DNA of 64,000 nt, taken from NCBI RefSeq assembly GCF_009834535.1, contig NC_045697.1, positions 27,344,001 to 27,408,000 on the forward strand, given 5' to 3'. Every line of letters begins with the position of its first letter. The stretch's first letter is position 1. Both the position numbers and the translations under genes were made by a program. Shown here one piece after another: positions 25,050 to 37,312 of this stretch. This DNA is from Camelus ferus (lineage: Eukaryota). The notes beneath the pieces are model-generated. The model searched no databases, was not told the origin of the DNA, and was given only the letters and a program-made list of their open reading frames with translations.

Positions 25050-25860
25050 TTAAAAAAAAAATAGACTTTATTTTTCAGAGCCGTTTTAGTTTCACAGAAA
25101 AAGTTCCTGTAAAACTTCTCATGCCCTCCCCCTCCCTCCCCCAATTCAGTTTCCTCTATTAGTGTCTTGTTTTAGTGTGGTACCTTTATCACAGTTGATG
25201 AGGTGGTATTGATGCATCTTTATTAACTAAAGCCCATAGTTTACATTAGGGTTCACGCCTGGTGTGGTACCTTCCATGGGTTCTGACAAACGTATAATGG
25301 CATGTAGCCACCATTATAGTACCATATGGAGTTGTTTCATTGCCCTAAAAATTCTCTGTGCTCCACCTGTTCACCCCTCTTCCCCCCTCCAAGCCCCAGG
25401 CAACCACTGATCTTTTACTGTCTCCATAGTTTTGTCTTTTCCAGAATGTCAAATAGTTGGAATTATACAGTTTGTAGCATCTTCAGATGGGCTTCTTTCC
25501 CTTAACAGTGTGCATTTGAGGTTCCTCTATGTCTTTTTATGGTTTGATAGCTCTTTTTAGTGCTGAATAATATTCCATTGTCTGGATGTACCTGTTTGTT
25601 TATCCATTCATCTATTGAAGAACATCTGGTTGCTTCTTAGTTTTGGCAGTTACAAATAAAGCTGCTGCAAACATTCCTATGCAAGCTTTTGTGTGGGCGT
25701 ACAGTTTCAACTCCTTTTGGTGAATACTAAGCAGTGCGATTGCTGGATTGCCTGGTGAGAACGTAGTTAGTTCTATAAGAAGCGGCCAGACTGGCTCCCT
25801 AAGTGGCTGTACCATTTCACGGTCCCACCAGCAGTGAGTGAGAGTTCCCGTTGCCTCCTG
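25050..25860 (-). mobile_element. L1 (L1MB/L1MC-like) 3' fragment with degenerate ORF2 C-terminus
   Basis: ORF 25612..25875(-) GTLTHCWWD..VQPL...PAIALLSIHQKELK...MFAAALFVTAK resembles the L1 ORF2 C-terminal Cys-rich region, followed by L1 3' UTR. Confidence 0.9.
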
Positions 25861-27243
25861 GGCTTTTAGATTCACAGTGACCTTCCCAAAGTCAGCAGAA
25901 TTAAGCTGGGATTGTGGTGTGTGACTGCCACTTTCCTCTTTTGAAGATCTGATGGGAACCTTCCCTGGAAAAATCCACTTGTTGCATAAAACATGTAAAA
26001 ATTTATAACATTAAGGTCCATGGCTTGGCATCCAGAGTGAGATCATCTGTTCTAGCCTTTAAAATATTTAATCTTTAGATTTGAAATTTGGAAGAATAGG
26101 AAGTCTTCAGTGAAAACAACCCCTTCTAATCATTTACTGTCATTTCCTTGAGTAACAGGAAGAACTTATTTTAAATGATCTTTTTCTTTTAGAGAGGGAA
26201 TGTCACAGGTCTGGGTTAGTGTCACTTCTGCTTCTAAAGTCTGTGACACGAGGGCAAAATCATCGTTCCTTCGTTAGCTGGGCTGCCAAGGACAGCGCTG
26301 ACCCAGACTCAGATGCTTGTGTAGCTGATGCATTTATTACACCCGGACTTTGTTTTAAAGGGCAGGCAGAGAGGAGGAGCCAGGGCAGTGGATAACTATC
26401 ATTATAAAGTTCCTGAAGTTTATAGACTAGAAGCTTTGTGTATTTCCAGAGTAATTCAGTTTTGTTTTCTTCATACTCAGAGAAAATAATTAAATTAGAT
26501 GGTCTTCTAAAAGTGAACTGTGACTGCTATTTCAAATCCAAAGAATCTGGGAGCCAGAGGAGACCCTGGAGTGTATCTTGTGCATAGTCTTCATCTGAGC
26601 AGACGGAGAAGCTAAGATTAAGTGACTGGCCTTTGGTCACACTTCTAGGCGGCACCTTGAACCTGCGTGTCCTGATTTCTAGTCCAGTGTGTCTTGCCAC
26701 TGCCCTGCCTAAAAAATAAAAAGCATATAAGGAATTTTTAAAGAAAGAAAGAAAAGAGAAACTGAGTCCATGCCATGAAATTTTGTGTGTAAGTGCATGC
26801 CTGGTGGGGCTTCCAGAAAGTGCTCCGTGGTGAACACGTTTGACGTGAGGAAGGAACCGTAACCCGGGGTCCAGTTTCTGTCTTCCTTTCCAGTCCCTAA
26901 CCATAGGGTTTACAAATGTTGACCTTTGGGTGTTTACACAGATTTTGTCCTTTTCTTCTGTTTTCAGGGCTGTTTATTAAATATTTTGACTATGCCTCTA
27001 ACTGATACAAAATATTTATTTTAGGTATAAGGACATCAGAGCTTAATCTGGCCCACTGGCTCCATTATCTGTTTCTTTTAAAAAAATTCTCACTTTTTAG
27101 GATCATCAGTGCCCCCTAGTGAGATGGTTGGGTAAAAAAAGCACTAGTTGGTGGATGGAAGCTGTTAGCATTTTCAAAGGGATGGTATAGCAGTTTTGGT
27201 GACAATTAAACATTAATGTATTCTTTTTTTTTTCCCCTTTAAG

Positions 27244-27354
27244 AAATTGAGACCAAGAAATGAGCAGCGAGAGAATGAATTGATTATTTCTTTCTTGAGA
27301 TGTTTATATGAAGAGAAACAAAAAGTTCATGTCCATGTTGGGGAGGTAAAGCAG
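27244..27354 (+). CDS. TBC1D1: TBC1D1 coding exon (~exon 8), 111 nt
   Basis: long poly-Y tract, ctttaag|AAA TTG AGA ... AAG CAG|gtatgg; KLRPRNEQRENELIISFLRCLYEEKQKVHVHVGEVKQ. Confidence 0.95.
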
Positions 27355-29874
27355 GTATGGCCCTTTTCTTTTTCTCTCTTATGAGTTTACCAGGATGCTC
27401 TGTAAAAGAGCCTTGAGGTCTTTCTGAAGCTCTGAAGCCTCTTTCTCCTTTTATTTTATTTTCATTTGTTGCATGTACGGTAAACTAGGGAAAATTTGGG
27501 AATATTTAGATTGTGCTTGGAGAAGGTGAGAGAAGTGTCTGTCTGCATTGTAGTAGGGGTGGGGCAGTTGCTCTGACGGGGGACTGGCATAGAACCTCAA
27601 GAGTGAGGTTTACGAGTAGCTGCCACCAAGACAAGCTACCTGACCTGCAGGGGCCAGTCTCTGTCACCTCACTCCCTGATAAAACGGGAGTGACGTTGTA
27701 CAGCTGCCTTCAGAATTACAGGAAGTACCCGAGTTCCTTGTCACATAAATGCCGTGTGAATGTACGGTGGCGCTCTGGCACAGCACAGGTGACGCTGGCC
27801 TGGGTGCTGAGCCCTTCACATGGAGGGCATGTTCCTTCCATCTCGCATGCTGGATGGATGTGCGGAGTCCGCCTCCCACCTCCACTGCCCACAGCTTTGT
27901 TCAGCTTTTCTGTGTGAGGAGTGCTGCGTCAGAAGCCGGGGCCACCTGCAGGTCTCCGTCTTTGAAAAGTTTTGCATTTGGGATTCAGTACGCATGGGGC
28001 CAAGGACCATTTTCCTATATTTTTTTAACTCTGTGTAAGTCAATCATAATAACCATTATAACTTCTGGACATGCATTTTATTTTTTTTTTTACTGGTAGG
28101 CCAGAAAATCTAGAGAAAAATCAGTAAAGGATGTTCAAAAAATCTTAAATTTCCAAAAGTATATTGACTTTTTAAAAAAACACCACCAGAAGCCACTCCC
28201 CGGGGGTCTATTCTGAAGGCACTGTAAAGCTCAGTCACGTGCTCTCTTCCTTGCTGTTTTCCCTGTAAACAGCCCCTGCTTTTCTGGTAACCTGACCGTG
28301 ATGCAGTTTTGCTGGGATCGCACATAGCAACTCTCCCCATTTGTTTCTCCCTTCCGGTTGGCTTCGGCAGTCACATGCCCTTCCTGAGCTCTTAATCACA
28401 TACAGTGTCCAACATTGTTTTTAATCTCATTGGCCGACTCTAGGGCCCCTTAGCTGCGACCCTAGTACCAGTACGTGGTGTTTTTGGCCTTTATGTGTTG
28501 ACGTTCCCCCCCTTGCAGCCAGTGCCCTTGAGGCCGCCTGCGAGTTCTGGGCGCCACCTGTTCACTTTTGGGTGGGCTACCCAGTCTAAGTTTTCAGTTA
28601 ATTCTCTAGTTCACTTTTCAACCTATTTCTTTTCTTGTTTCCTTTCCTCTTCTCTTTTGTGCCACTGACAGTTATTCTGTGTTCTGATTTTCTTCTTCCT
28701 GAGTCAGTCCAACTTACTCCAACAGGAAATTGATAACTTTGAAATAATTTGTAACTGCTAGAAAGGGGAATGAAGCATTTCTGGTGGGTGGGAAGTTTTG
28801 ACCTCAGGGCAGTCTCATTTTTATGGAACAGGGTAATATCTTTATGATTAGGACATAGGCTAGTACAGTGGAGAAATATATTTCATGTTTTTTTTTTTTT
28901 TTCCCCATTTGAAAACAGAATTTAAAGGAGACTGAGCCTCAAGGTGGAACTGGCATCTGGGCATCCCTTTCACTAGAGGTTTCTAAACATTCTGTAACCC
29001 AGGAGGCTTGTGTCTTTGCCTGTAAGGAAGTTGCCCCGATCCCCAGTGGTTGGGTGGTCCCGCAGGCTGGACACCCTCTTGGGCTCTGAGCTTAGCTTTT
29101 CAGAGCAGCAACTGCTTTATAGATGGATCAGATGGACTTTCGAGAGTCACCAGTAGATTCTTGCTCTTACTTTCTGCTACCAGATGGTTTAACTACGTGG
29201 ATTTCATTACCTTCTTGTTACTCCTAAAAATTCCTGGAACTTTTGAAAATGTGTTATGACTTGACCAGAGAGAAATGGAACTGTGGTCTGTGCCCACCAG
29301 CCTTCAGAAGTGGACCGAAGACATGAACCACAGTCTCAGGGCTGTACTTCTCAGAGCCATGGTGATTCCAACCCATGCGTGTTTTTCAGACTAAAATGCT
29401 GGTGTTGGAGGCTGGTAGAGGGATCGTTTCATAAAGTAGAAAACAAACTGAATGAATCCTTTGATCTTATGGGAAAGGATTCAGTTTGGACAAAGACTTA
29501 TAAATTAATAAAGTTTAAAGGGTACCACGTTTTAATCATTTTTGCTTGTGTTCACTGAGCTGGTACAGAAATTAATAATATTAAATCAACTGCCACTGGT
29601 TGAATGGCATGTATCAGACATAGTTTTAATTTTTTACACGACTTCTGCCATTTTTTCTACAATGCCTTTTTGAGTTCGGTGGCATGATACCCATGTGAGA
29701 CACGAGGACATGGGGAATGGGGTCAAGATGTTTGCTGGGCAGCGTGGAGCCCATGTGTCTGAGGTCCAAGGACATCATCTTAATCATCATGCCCTTTAGG
29801 AGCTTAATTATCAAAATTTAATATTATGTAACTATTCATTGATATGCCTGGGTCCATTATCCAGTAGATAAGTT

Positions 29875-30560
29875 TTTTTTCTGACATTTTATTACAGAAA
29901 TTGTCAGACATACAGAAAAGTTGAAAGAATCGCACAGTGAGCACTTTTATACCCACCATCTGGCTGAAACCGTTTTTAGCACTGTTGTGTTTGCTGCCGT
30001 GTATCTGTCCGTCTCCTATGCCACCTTACTTCTGATGCCTTTCAGAGCAAGTTTCTGATGTTAGTACTCTTGATTCCCAAACACTTAGTTTGCGTATCAT
30101 TAATGAGAGTTTGGTATTTATCTACTGTTTTTTTGAGATAACATTTGCATATAGTAAGTTGCACAAATCTTGAGTGAACCATCTGTTGAGTTTTAAGGAT
30201 TTCATACATTTAGTTAGCCCCAACCGCTCTCAAGATATAGAACATGTCCATCACTCCAGAAAGTACCCCACACCCTGTCAGTCCTCCGTCCCTCAGGCAA
30301 CCACTCTTTTGATTTTTTTTCCACCATAGGTTAGTTTTGACTATTCTAGGACTTTCTATAAATGGAATCATACAGTATGTTCTCTTTTAGTTCTGGCTTC
30401 TTTCTCTTAGCGTAATGTTTTTGATGTTGCATAAATCAGTAATGTGTTCCTTTTTATCTCATTGTGTCCATACCACAGTTTATTTCTCTATTCTCCTTTT
30501 GTTGGACACCTAAGCTGTTTCCAGGTTCTGGTTATTGTGAATAAAGCTGCTGGTGAATAT
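29875..30560 (-). mobile_element. Old L1M fragments (two 3' pieces)
   Basis: gacatacagaaaagttgaaagaat...; ttgagataacatttgcatatagtaa...tataaatggaatcatacagtatg...gtttccaggttctggttattgtgaataaagctgct. Confidence 0.8.
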
Positions 30561-31809
30561 GCTGTGACAGCTCAGGATGGTGGGTTCTCAACTGAGGACT
30601 TCATTTTAGCTTCAGAATTTGAAACTTGGCTCCAAACGTTCAGGCTTAGAGTTCTCCCCTCTGTCTTGGGGTGGGCAGTGTGAGCACTGTGGTACAATTC
30701 ACTCGAGAACCGCAAACTAGGAACTTTAAAGGAGAAACTTCTAGATGCTTAGTTTAAAATAAACAAGGAATGTGTTATTTCCTAAATGAAATTATTTTCT
30801 AAGCATGAATTATTTTCTAGATGTGAATTTTCAGGTTGCATTTGAATTATGACGGTAGACAGAGAAGAATGATTTTAGACTGTAGAGGAGAGCAGAAGCA
30901 GCACTGAATTAAGTGCAGAGAGACTCTAATGGGCTGGTTTATTAAAAACAAAAACAAAAACAAAACACCAGCGCAGGTTTTCTGTGTAGGATCTACTGCA
31001 TACTACTAGTCTTTTACCCGGTATTTTCCTTATATGTCAACACAATTCAAAATGCTTCTCTTTTATGAAAACTTTTGTTATGAGTTTCAAAGCAAGTCTA
31101 CAGCTTTGTACCTTTGTGAGTGAGCTAGTGTTGAGTCAAATACAGGTGCCTGAGCTCCTTTATGGGTAATTCCCTTTGCTCTGGTGGCTGCTTTGTGTCT
31201 GAATAAGCTCTTATTCTTGGTAAATGATTGCATAGGACCAAATTGCAGCTAATAAGGCACCCACCCATGGTACATAACTTGGTCAATATTTGTTGAGTGA
31301 GTGTCACTCTTCTCAACACCTGCAGGATATAGCTGGGGTGAATTGAAGGCATTTATTGTATTAATCTGCACACTTCTCTGTATACTTGAAATATGTAACA
31401 ACAACAAGGAATAGTCGATGTTTAGAGTAATAAAGGATGTGGTGGTTGTTTTCTAACAATCATCATCTAGCAGGAAGCATTCAGGTAAGCATCCAGAGAA
31501 GAGGCAGTTTAATTTTGAGGATTAAAAAATTTTTATTTTAGCATACCTCTGTTAATAAGTAACATTAAACTTCATTTTGTGATTGGCAAACAGATTTAGT
31601 TTCACGTTATGGTCACTTAAGGAGGAGATGCTTCGTTGCAGGGGAGAGCGAATGGGATGATGGAAAGAAGAGGTGGGAGAGAAGAAAAAGTAGGATTCTG
31701 TAGAAGGGGATGAAGATTATTGTAGGCAGAGGGGGATGGATTCTTCAGTTGATTATTTTGTCTTACCCTGTGAAATGCCCCCAAAAGTAAGTTGTTACTT
31801 TACTCTAAA

Positions 31810-32030
31810 GAGCTAATCATAGCTCCCTTAGTACTGGAAGCTGTGCCCAGTGCTTTAATGCTTTACCTGTTTTAATCACAGTGCAACACAGTGCTATGAT
31901 TAGATCTTGAGGTTGGTCTCAATTTATAGAAGAGGAAATTGTGGCTCAGAGTAAGTAACTTGCATAAGGCCACGGCTAATAAATGACATATCTCTGACCC
32001 AGCCCGAGCCCAAGCTCTAAGCTGCTTTGT
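31810..32030 (-). mobile_element. MIR SINE
   Basis: tttatagaagaggaaattgtggctcagagtaagtaacttgcataaggccac. Confidence 0.65.
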
Positions 32031-32294
32031 TAACTGATTGGCTTCTAAGCAGATCTCCTCATTACATTTGGAGTAGGCAAAGCAACTCTTTGAGGCAAAA
32101 TTATTTCCTGGACATGCAGTCATGTCACCAAGTGACAGATGAGAAGATGAGAAGAGGTCACACAAAGAATATGGCCTGGGGTCAAAAAGATGCATCCTAG
32201 AGACTTTTCAATCCTTTTTTTTTTTTAAAAAGGTAGGAAAAGAGGAAGGCAGGAGGCTCTAAGTGACTTGACTTTACATTGTTTTATTTTTTAG

Positions 32295-32423
32295 ACATCA
32301 CAGATTGTGGCAGAGAATATTGGAAGTGAATTGCCATCTAGTGCCACTCGATTTAGGCTAGATATGCTGAAGAACAAAGCAAAGAAATCTTTAACAGAGT
32401 CTTTAGAAAGTATTTTGTCCCGG
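32295..32423 (+). CDS. TBC1D1: TBC1D1 coding exon (~exon 9), 129 nt
   Basis: tttttag|ACA TCA CAG ... TCC CGG|gtaagt; TSQIVAENIGSELPSSATRFRLDMLKNKAKKSLTESLESILSR. Confidence 0.96.
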
Positions 32424-32810
32424 GTAAGTGCCATAATTTCTCTTAATTTAAGTTAAATGACTTTTTGAGAGAGCATGAGATTCAGTTCTTTGTTTTTACT
32501 CCATCAGTGTTCATCATGAAGTATAGAAGGGTAAGACCTTTTAAAATGTCTTCTCAGTCTTCGAATAATGTTATCTTCACTTAAAATTCAGGTTTTATCT
32601 TGGCCTTAGTTAAAAAAAAACTTCACTCTTTTGTAGATTATATCCATGGAATTTTTGTCTCCCAGAGAGTGTTATTTGTTGGCTAGTCCCTCTAAAGAGC
32701 ACGGATTAGATACGCCAACGTGTGGGTTCCGTTCTCCCTTGTGTCACTAGGTACTATTTAAAAATCCAGTTATTGTCAGCTGTTATTGTTATATGTCTGG
32801 AACTTCTAAG

Positions 32811-33012
32811 CAGGATCTGCAAACAGTGGCCCTTGGGTCAAATACCATTCATCTCTGGTTTTTGTAACTAAAGATTTATTGAAACACAATCACATCAGTT
32901 CACCTGTTGTCTAAGGCTGCTTTTCTGCAGAGTTGAGTAGTTGCCACAGACACCACGGAGCATAACAGCTTTATTTTCTGTCCCGTTACAGAAAAAGTTT
33001 GTGGCCTGCAGC
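32811..33012. mobile_element. MER58-like hAT-Charlie DNA transposon
   Basis: caggatctgcaaacagtggccc...tttgtaactaaagatttattgaaacaca...gcagagttgagtagttgccacagacacc...ttacagaaaaagtttg. Confidence 0.75.
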
Positions 33013-33690
33013 TCTCTAGGAAGAACGAGTATATATATGCTGCTCCAATCTGGGGGTTCTTTAAGAAATCACTACCACCCCGTCCCCCTTCGTTCTCATG
33101 GGTGTAAATACCCTTGATGGCACTTCTAAGAAATAAAAGTTAGATTTTCTCTCAAAGTCTTGCACCTTTCTGGAGCTTGCAGTTGTCTTCTTACAGTTCT
33201 TTTTTATTTCACGAACCACTCCATTTGATGAATCATGCTTTAGTTTTCGTAGAAGTTAAATTTTATTGTGTGTGAAGATGTTTCTGAGAATTTTGCAGCA
33301 ACCTTATAGATAATTAAAACCATTTCACTTACAAAACCAGAGTTGGAGTGGGGCTGCTTTGGAGAGCTCCCAAGTGGAGAGATGGCGGTTTGGGTGTCAC
33401 GGCCTGGCAGGTCATGATGCCGTGTGACTCAGGAGAGCGATGTTGAGCGTGCACACTTCAGCACTTGCTCTTCCTAGACATGTCTCTTCCCCTGCCCGTC
33501 ATCCTGCCAATGACTAATCCAAAAGATGCTTTGAAACATTCAGGTTGGCTTAAAAGAATATGATTGTCTCAATGCACATATGCACTCAACAGTGTTTCTC
33601 AGTAAATGCATTTTTCCTGAGCTTATTTAAACAGATCAGGTCGCTTCCTTTGCAAAACCTCAGAGGTCATAACTGCCTTTCTTTATGCAG

Positions 33691-33777
33691 GGTAATAAAG
33701 CCAAAGGCCTGCAGGAGCACTCCGCCAATCTGGACTTGGACAGCTCGGCGTCTAGCACGTTAAGTAACACCAGCAAG
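33691..33777 (+). CDS. TBC1D1: TBC1D1 coding exon (~exon 10), 87 nt
   Basis: tttatgcag|GGT AAT AAA ... AGC AAG|gtaagc; GNKAKGLQEHSANLDLDSSASSTLSNTSK. Confidence 0.95.
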
Positions 33778-34562
33778 GTAAGCACATTTCTTTTTAAGTG
33801 ACCCCCTGAAGAAACCAGCACATGGGTCTTCCTCGTCCCCTATATACAGGGTCTGTCAAGAGGAACAAAAGAAACTCGTATCTCCAATCATGAAAAGTTT
33901 GGTGCTTCCAGACCTCCAGGTGCAGATGGAGGGCTGGTCATGCAGTTCTGTTCCAAGAAAAAAGGTTTACCTACCAAAGCAGATGCCATCCCATAAACAA
34001 AGGAACAAAATCGCAGTTTTAGACCACTGAGATCTAATTTAGCACAAAGCAGTCAATGGATTTCTTAAATCGGTTTTCCAATGAAATCTAAATGAAATAT
34101 TAAAAATAATTTAAGTTAGAGAAACCTCAAAATTGGGTTTGTGAATTCTGAGAAGTATGTAGGGTAAATTCCTGAAACTTACTGTATCCTCTGGCTGGCT
34201 CTATGATTATAATTAAATATTACTATTTTTATAAATAAGCAGTGAAGCCTCCGCCCTCATGTCTGTCACCAATGGGCACAGCTTTGTGACAGCGAGAAAG
34301 TCGGTGGTTCTCTTTGGTGACAAACCTGTATCTATGTCCTTGTTTTAATTTCTTGCTTTCTTGACATACAAGCATATTTAAACCTAGTTAGTTGAACTTT
34401 TTAACCACCAGAAACTACCAGAAAAGTGGATTTTGGATTTTGTGCTGGGACAGTCAGCTTTCCTTCTGCGACCAGAATGCCCTCAGATGGAAGAGAGGGG
34501 AGTTTTTGTGAAAGCCAGCTCCCTACTACAGGAATCTTAAGTTCTTTTGAGCTCCCTCTGGG

Positions 34563-34806
34563 GCATGTGGCTTTCAAAGTTTTTAGACCATAAGCAACAG
34601 TAATTTACACCTTTAACATCGCAAAATGGTTCACAGACAAACATACACACTCACACATAAAATTTCACAAAACAGAATTTACTGTAAACAATATGTGGTA
34701 CATACTGGTATTTTCTATTCTGTTTTGAAAAGTTTAGTGAAAAAGACCACAAAATTGATACTACTACCTACTAATGTGTTAGAGTCTATAGTTTGAGAAA
34801 CACTGC
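34563..34806. mobile_element. hAT-Charlie-type element (MER119-like)
   Basis: ends gtggctttcaaagtttttagacc / agtttgagaaacactg, internal CA-rich stretch. Confidence 0.55.
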
Positions 34807-34811
34807 CTTAG

Positions 34812-34935
34812 TGGAGTGCTTTTTCAAATTCTAAGGTGCATCTTTAGTGGGGTCTGGTTAAAATGCAGATTCTGATTCAATAGGCCTGGGTGAGGCCTAA
34901 AATGCTGACCCACTTGGGGGAGCAAGACCCTAGAC
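34812..34935. mobile_element. MER5-like fragment
   Basis: gttaaaatgcagattctgattcaataggcctgggtgaggccta. Confidence 0.6.
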
Positions 34936-36344
34936 ACACCCACCTTCTGCATGTGATTTTCTAAGTTAGAATCTTGTGGGACGTAGTGTCATCTGTGCTC
35001 CGTTGCCCACATACTGATTCTGCCCACAATTCATTTGAAGTTTGGAAGCATTATGGTTTGTTTATCCTCTGGATATAGCTGAATAAGACAGAGCCCCTCC
35101 CCTCTGGGAGCTCATCTGGTAAGAAGGAGGTGACAGATACACAGCATTGAGTGTAGAGTGCTGTGCGCCGGAGAGTTCAAGTAAGAGCTGGTGGTAGCTC
35201 AGTGGTCACAGGAGTCCGGGGAGGGATGATATTTTTGGTCAGTGAGACCAGAAAAAGCTGGCGGGGTTGGAGGGGGCAGTATTGCTTCTGAATTAAATCT
35301 TGGGGAAACTGTAGGAATTGTACTGTGGAAGTGGACAGGGAAAAAGGTGTTCAGATTAGTTCAAATAAACATACTGTGAAGAAATTCATATCACTCAAGT
35401 GACTTTCCCAGAAAGTCTTATTGCTTGTTTTTTTATTCTTCTTCAAAACACAGATCTGGGAATATACACATAGCTTGAATTTCTAGGGTAATTCTGGGAG
35501 AAATGCAGCTTTTCAAAAGCTACCTATGTGTATTGTATGTGTGGCTGTCTGCACTTCTTTACATATTTTTTCATCCTGAGATTAAGAAACTGTTGTAAAG
35601 ATGTGCTTTTATGTAATTGAATCTCTTCTAATAAATGGATCGTCTAGAAGCAAAGAAGCTGAGCATCTGAGTGGCCCTTTCAGGTGTAAGGTTAAGCAAA
35701 GGGTGAGCTGGTCCACGTAATTTGGAGGGGTTAATGAGAGTTGAGATGAACAGGCTTGCATGATGGCCATTGCTTGATGTATTGTCTTAGACACATTTTT
35801 AAAGCCTTAAATTAAAAGAATCTTTGTAACTGTAGAGTCTTGAAGAATGAAAAATTGAAGTTATGTTTAAAGTAATTAACGTTTCATAATGTTTTGGGAA
35901 TTAAGCCTTTTAAATTTAATTACTAAAAAATTAAGTTTGTATAATCTCTCTCCTCAATAAACATAAATTTAATCTCTTAAAATCCTTAATACCTATCATC
36001 TAAAAGACACTCAACTGTGGGGGCAGGTGAACAAGAAGAATTTAGATTCTCCAGTCCACCATTAGATGCATTCATTCCTTTCTGCGCTTTTTGTGTTGAT
36101 TTATTTATCCCTTCTAGCAGTTCTAGTAGGGACAAGCTGGCACACTTTGTCTTATTTTATGTTTTTTGATTTGAGGAAAATATATTGGCCCCCAGCCATG
36201 TCTTGGGCGTGCAGCACTAAGTGTGAGTGGTGGCAGTTCATTCCCTTGAAAAAGTATGCATCTGGCAAGCCTGCAGTGTGAAGATATTGTCATGGTTCTC
36301 AACAAGTGTTTGCGTACCCACTCAGTAAATTCACTGAGTACCTA

Positions 36345-36510
36345 ATAAATAATAACTTACATTTGTATAACATTTTAAGTGAACGGGTACTTATGGTTGT
36401 ATTATCTTGCTTAATTCCGACACCCAGTGAGATAAATTTTCACTGCACCCTTTTACAGATGAGGAAATTAAAGTGTAGGGAGAAGTTAAGAGATTTGCCC
36501 TGAACCACGG
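36345..36510 (-). mobile_element. MIR SINE
   Basis: cccttttacagatgaggaaattaaag...agagaagttaagagatttgccc. Confidence 0.7.
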
Positions 36511-37031
36511 CAAGAAGTGCTTAGAGAGATTTTTCCATATCTAAGAATAATACAGGATATAATTTTTAACCCTCAAGATTACCAGGTTAAATCTCAACAT
36601 TAGGTCCAATTCCGAGAGAGTCTTAAAATATGGGTATAACATGTATGAACACACTTGGCTGAGATAAAGAACTTGATTTGTTTAAACGGTGCAGACAAGT
36701 TACACAACTGTCTCTGCTTAAAAGCAACAGTAAAGAGTTCTGTCTTCTAGACAGAGAACTATTTCAGCTTTGCTTGGGACAGTTGCAAGTTGTAATTTAC
36801 GGCCTTCACACCTGCGTTTGGTAGTTTCCCCATTTGTCCTGCAAACAAGTGTTTTGTCTCTAACAGCAGGCATTTGATGGGCCTTTACTGCGTTGCACTT
36901 TTGGTGGCTTCTAGACGGCATTTATAGTCAGAAGATGTGCATACTGAAATGTTTTCCTGCCGTTGGAATTGGATTTATGAATCTCACAAGTGCCCTGTGA
37001 TGTGTCTGATGTGCTGTCTGTCTGCTGCCAG

Positions 37032-37312
37032 GAGCCGTCTGTGTGTGAGAAGGAGGCCTTGCCGATCTCCGAGAGCTCCTTCAGGCTCCTCGGCTCCTCG
37101 GATGACCTGTCCAGTGACTCGGAGGACCACCCCGCGGAAGAGCTCGCCCCGCTGTCACCTCAGCGGGGCTTCAGAAGGCGTGCCAACACCCTGAGCCACG
37201 TCCCAGTGGAGTGCCAGGAGCCCCCGGAGCCTGCCAAGGGGTCCCCAGGGGTCTCGCAGAGGAAACTTGTGAGGTATCACTCAGTGAGCACAGAGACGCC
37301 TCATGAACGGAA
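37032..37312 (+). CDS. TBC1D1: TBC1D1 coding exon (~exon 11), 281 nt, phase 0-2; Akt site equivalent to human Thr596 (RRRANT, ACC 37188-37190) and RYHS site (TCA 37281-37283)
   Basis: ctgctgccag|GAG CCG TCT ... CGG AA|gtaaga; EPSVCEKEALPISESSFRLLGSSDDLSSDSE...RRRANTLSH...RYHSVSTETPHER. Confidence 0.96.

Noticed and set aside
37029..37034. CAGGAG NAGNAG tandem acceptor at exon 11
   Set aside because: GAG is a very poorly used distal acceptor; no evidence of use.
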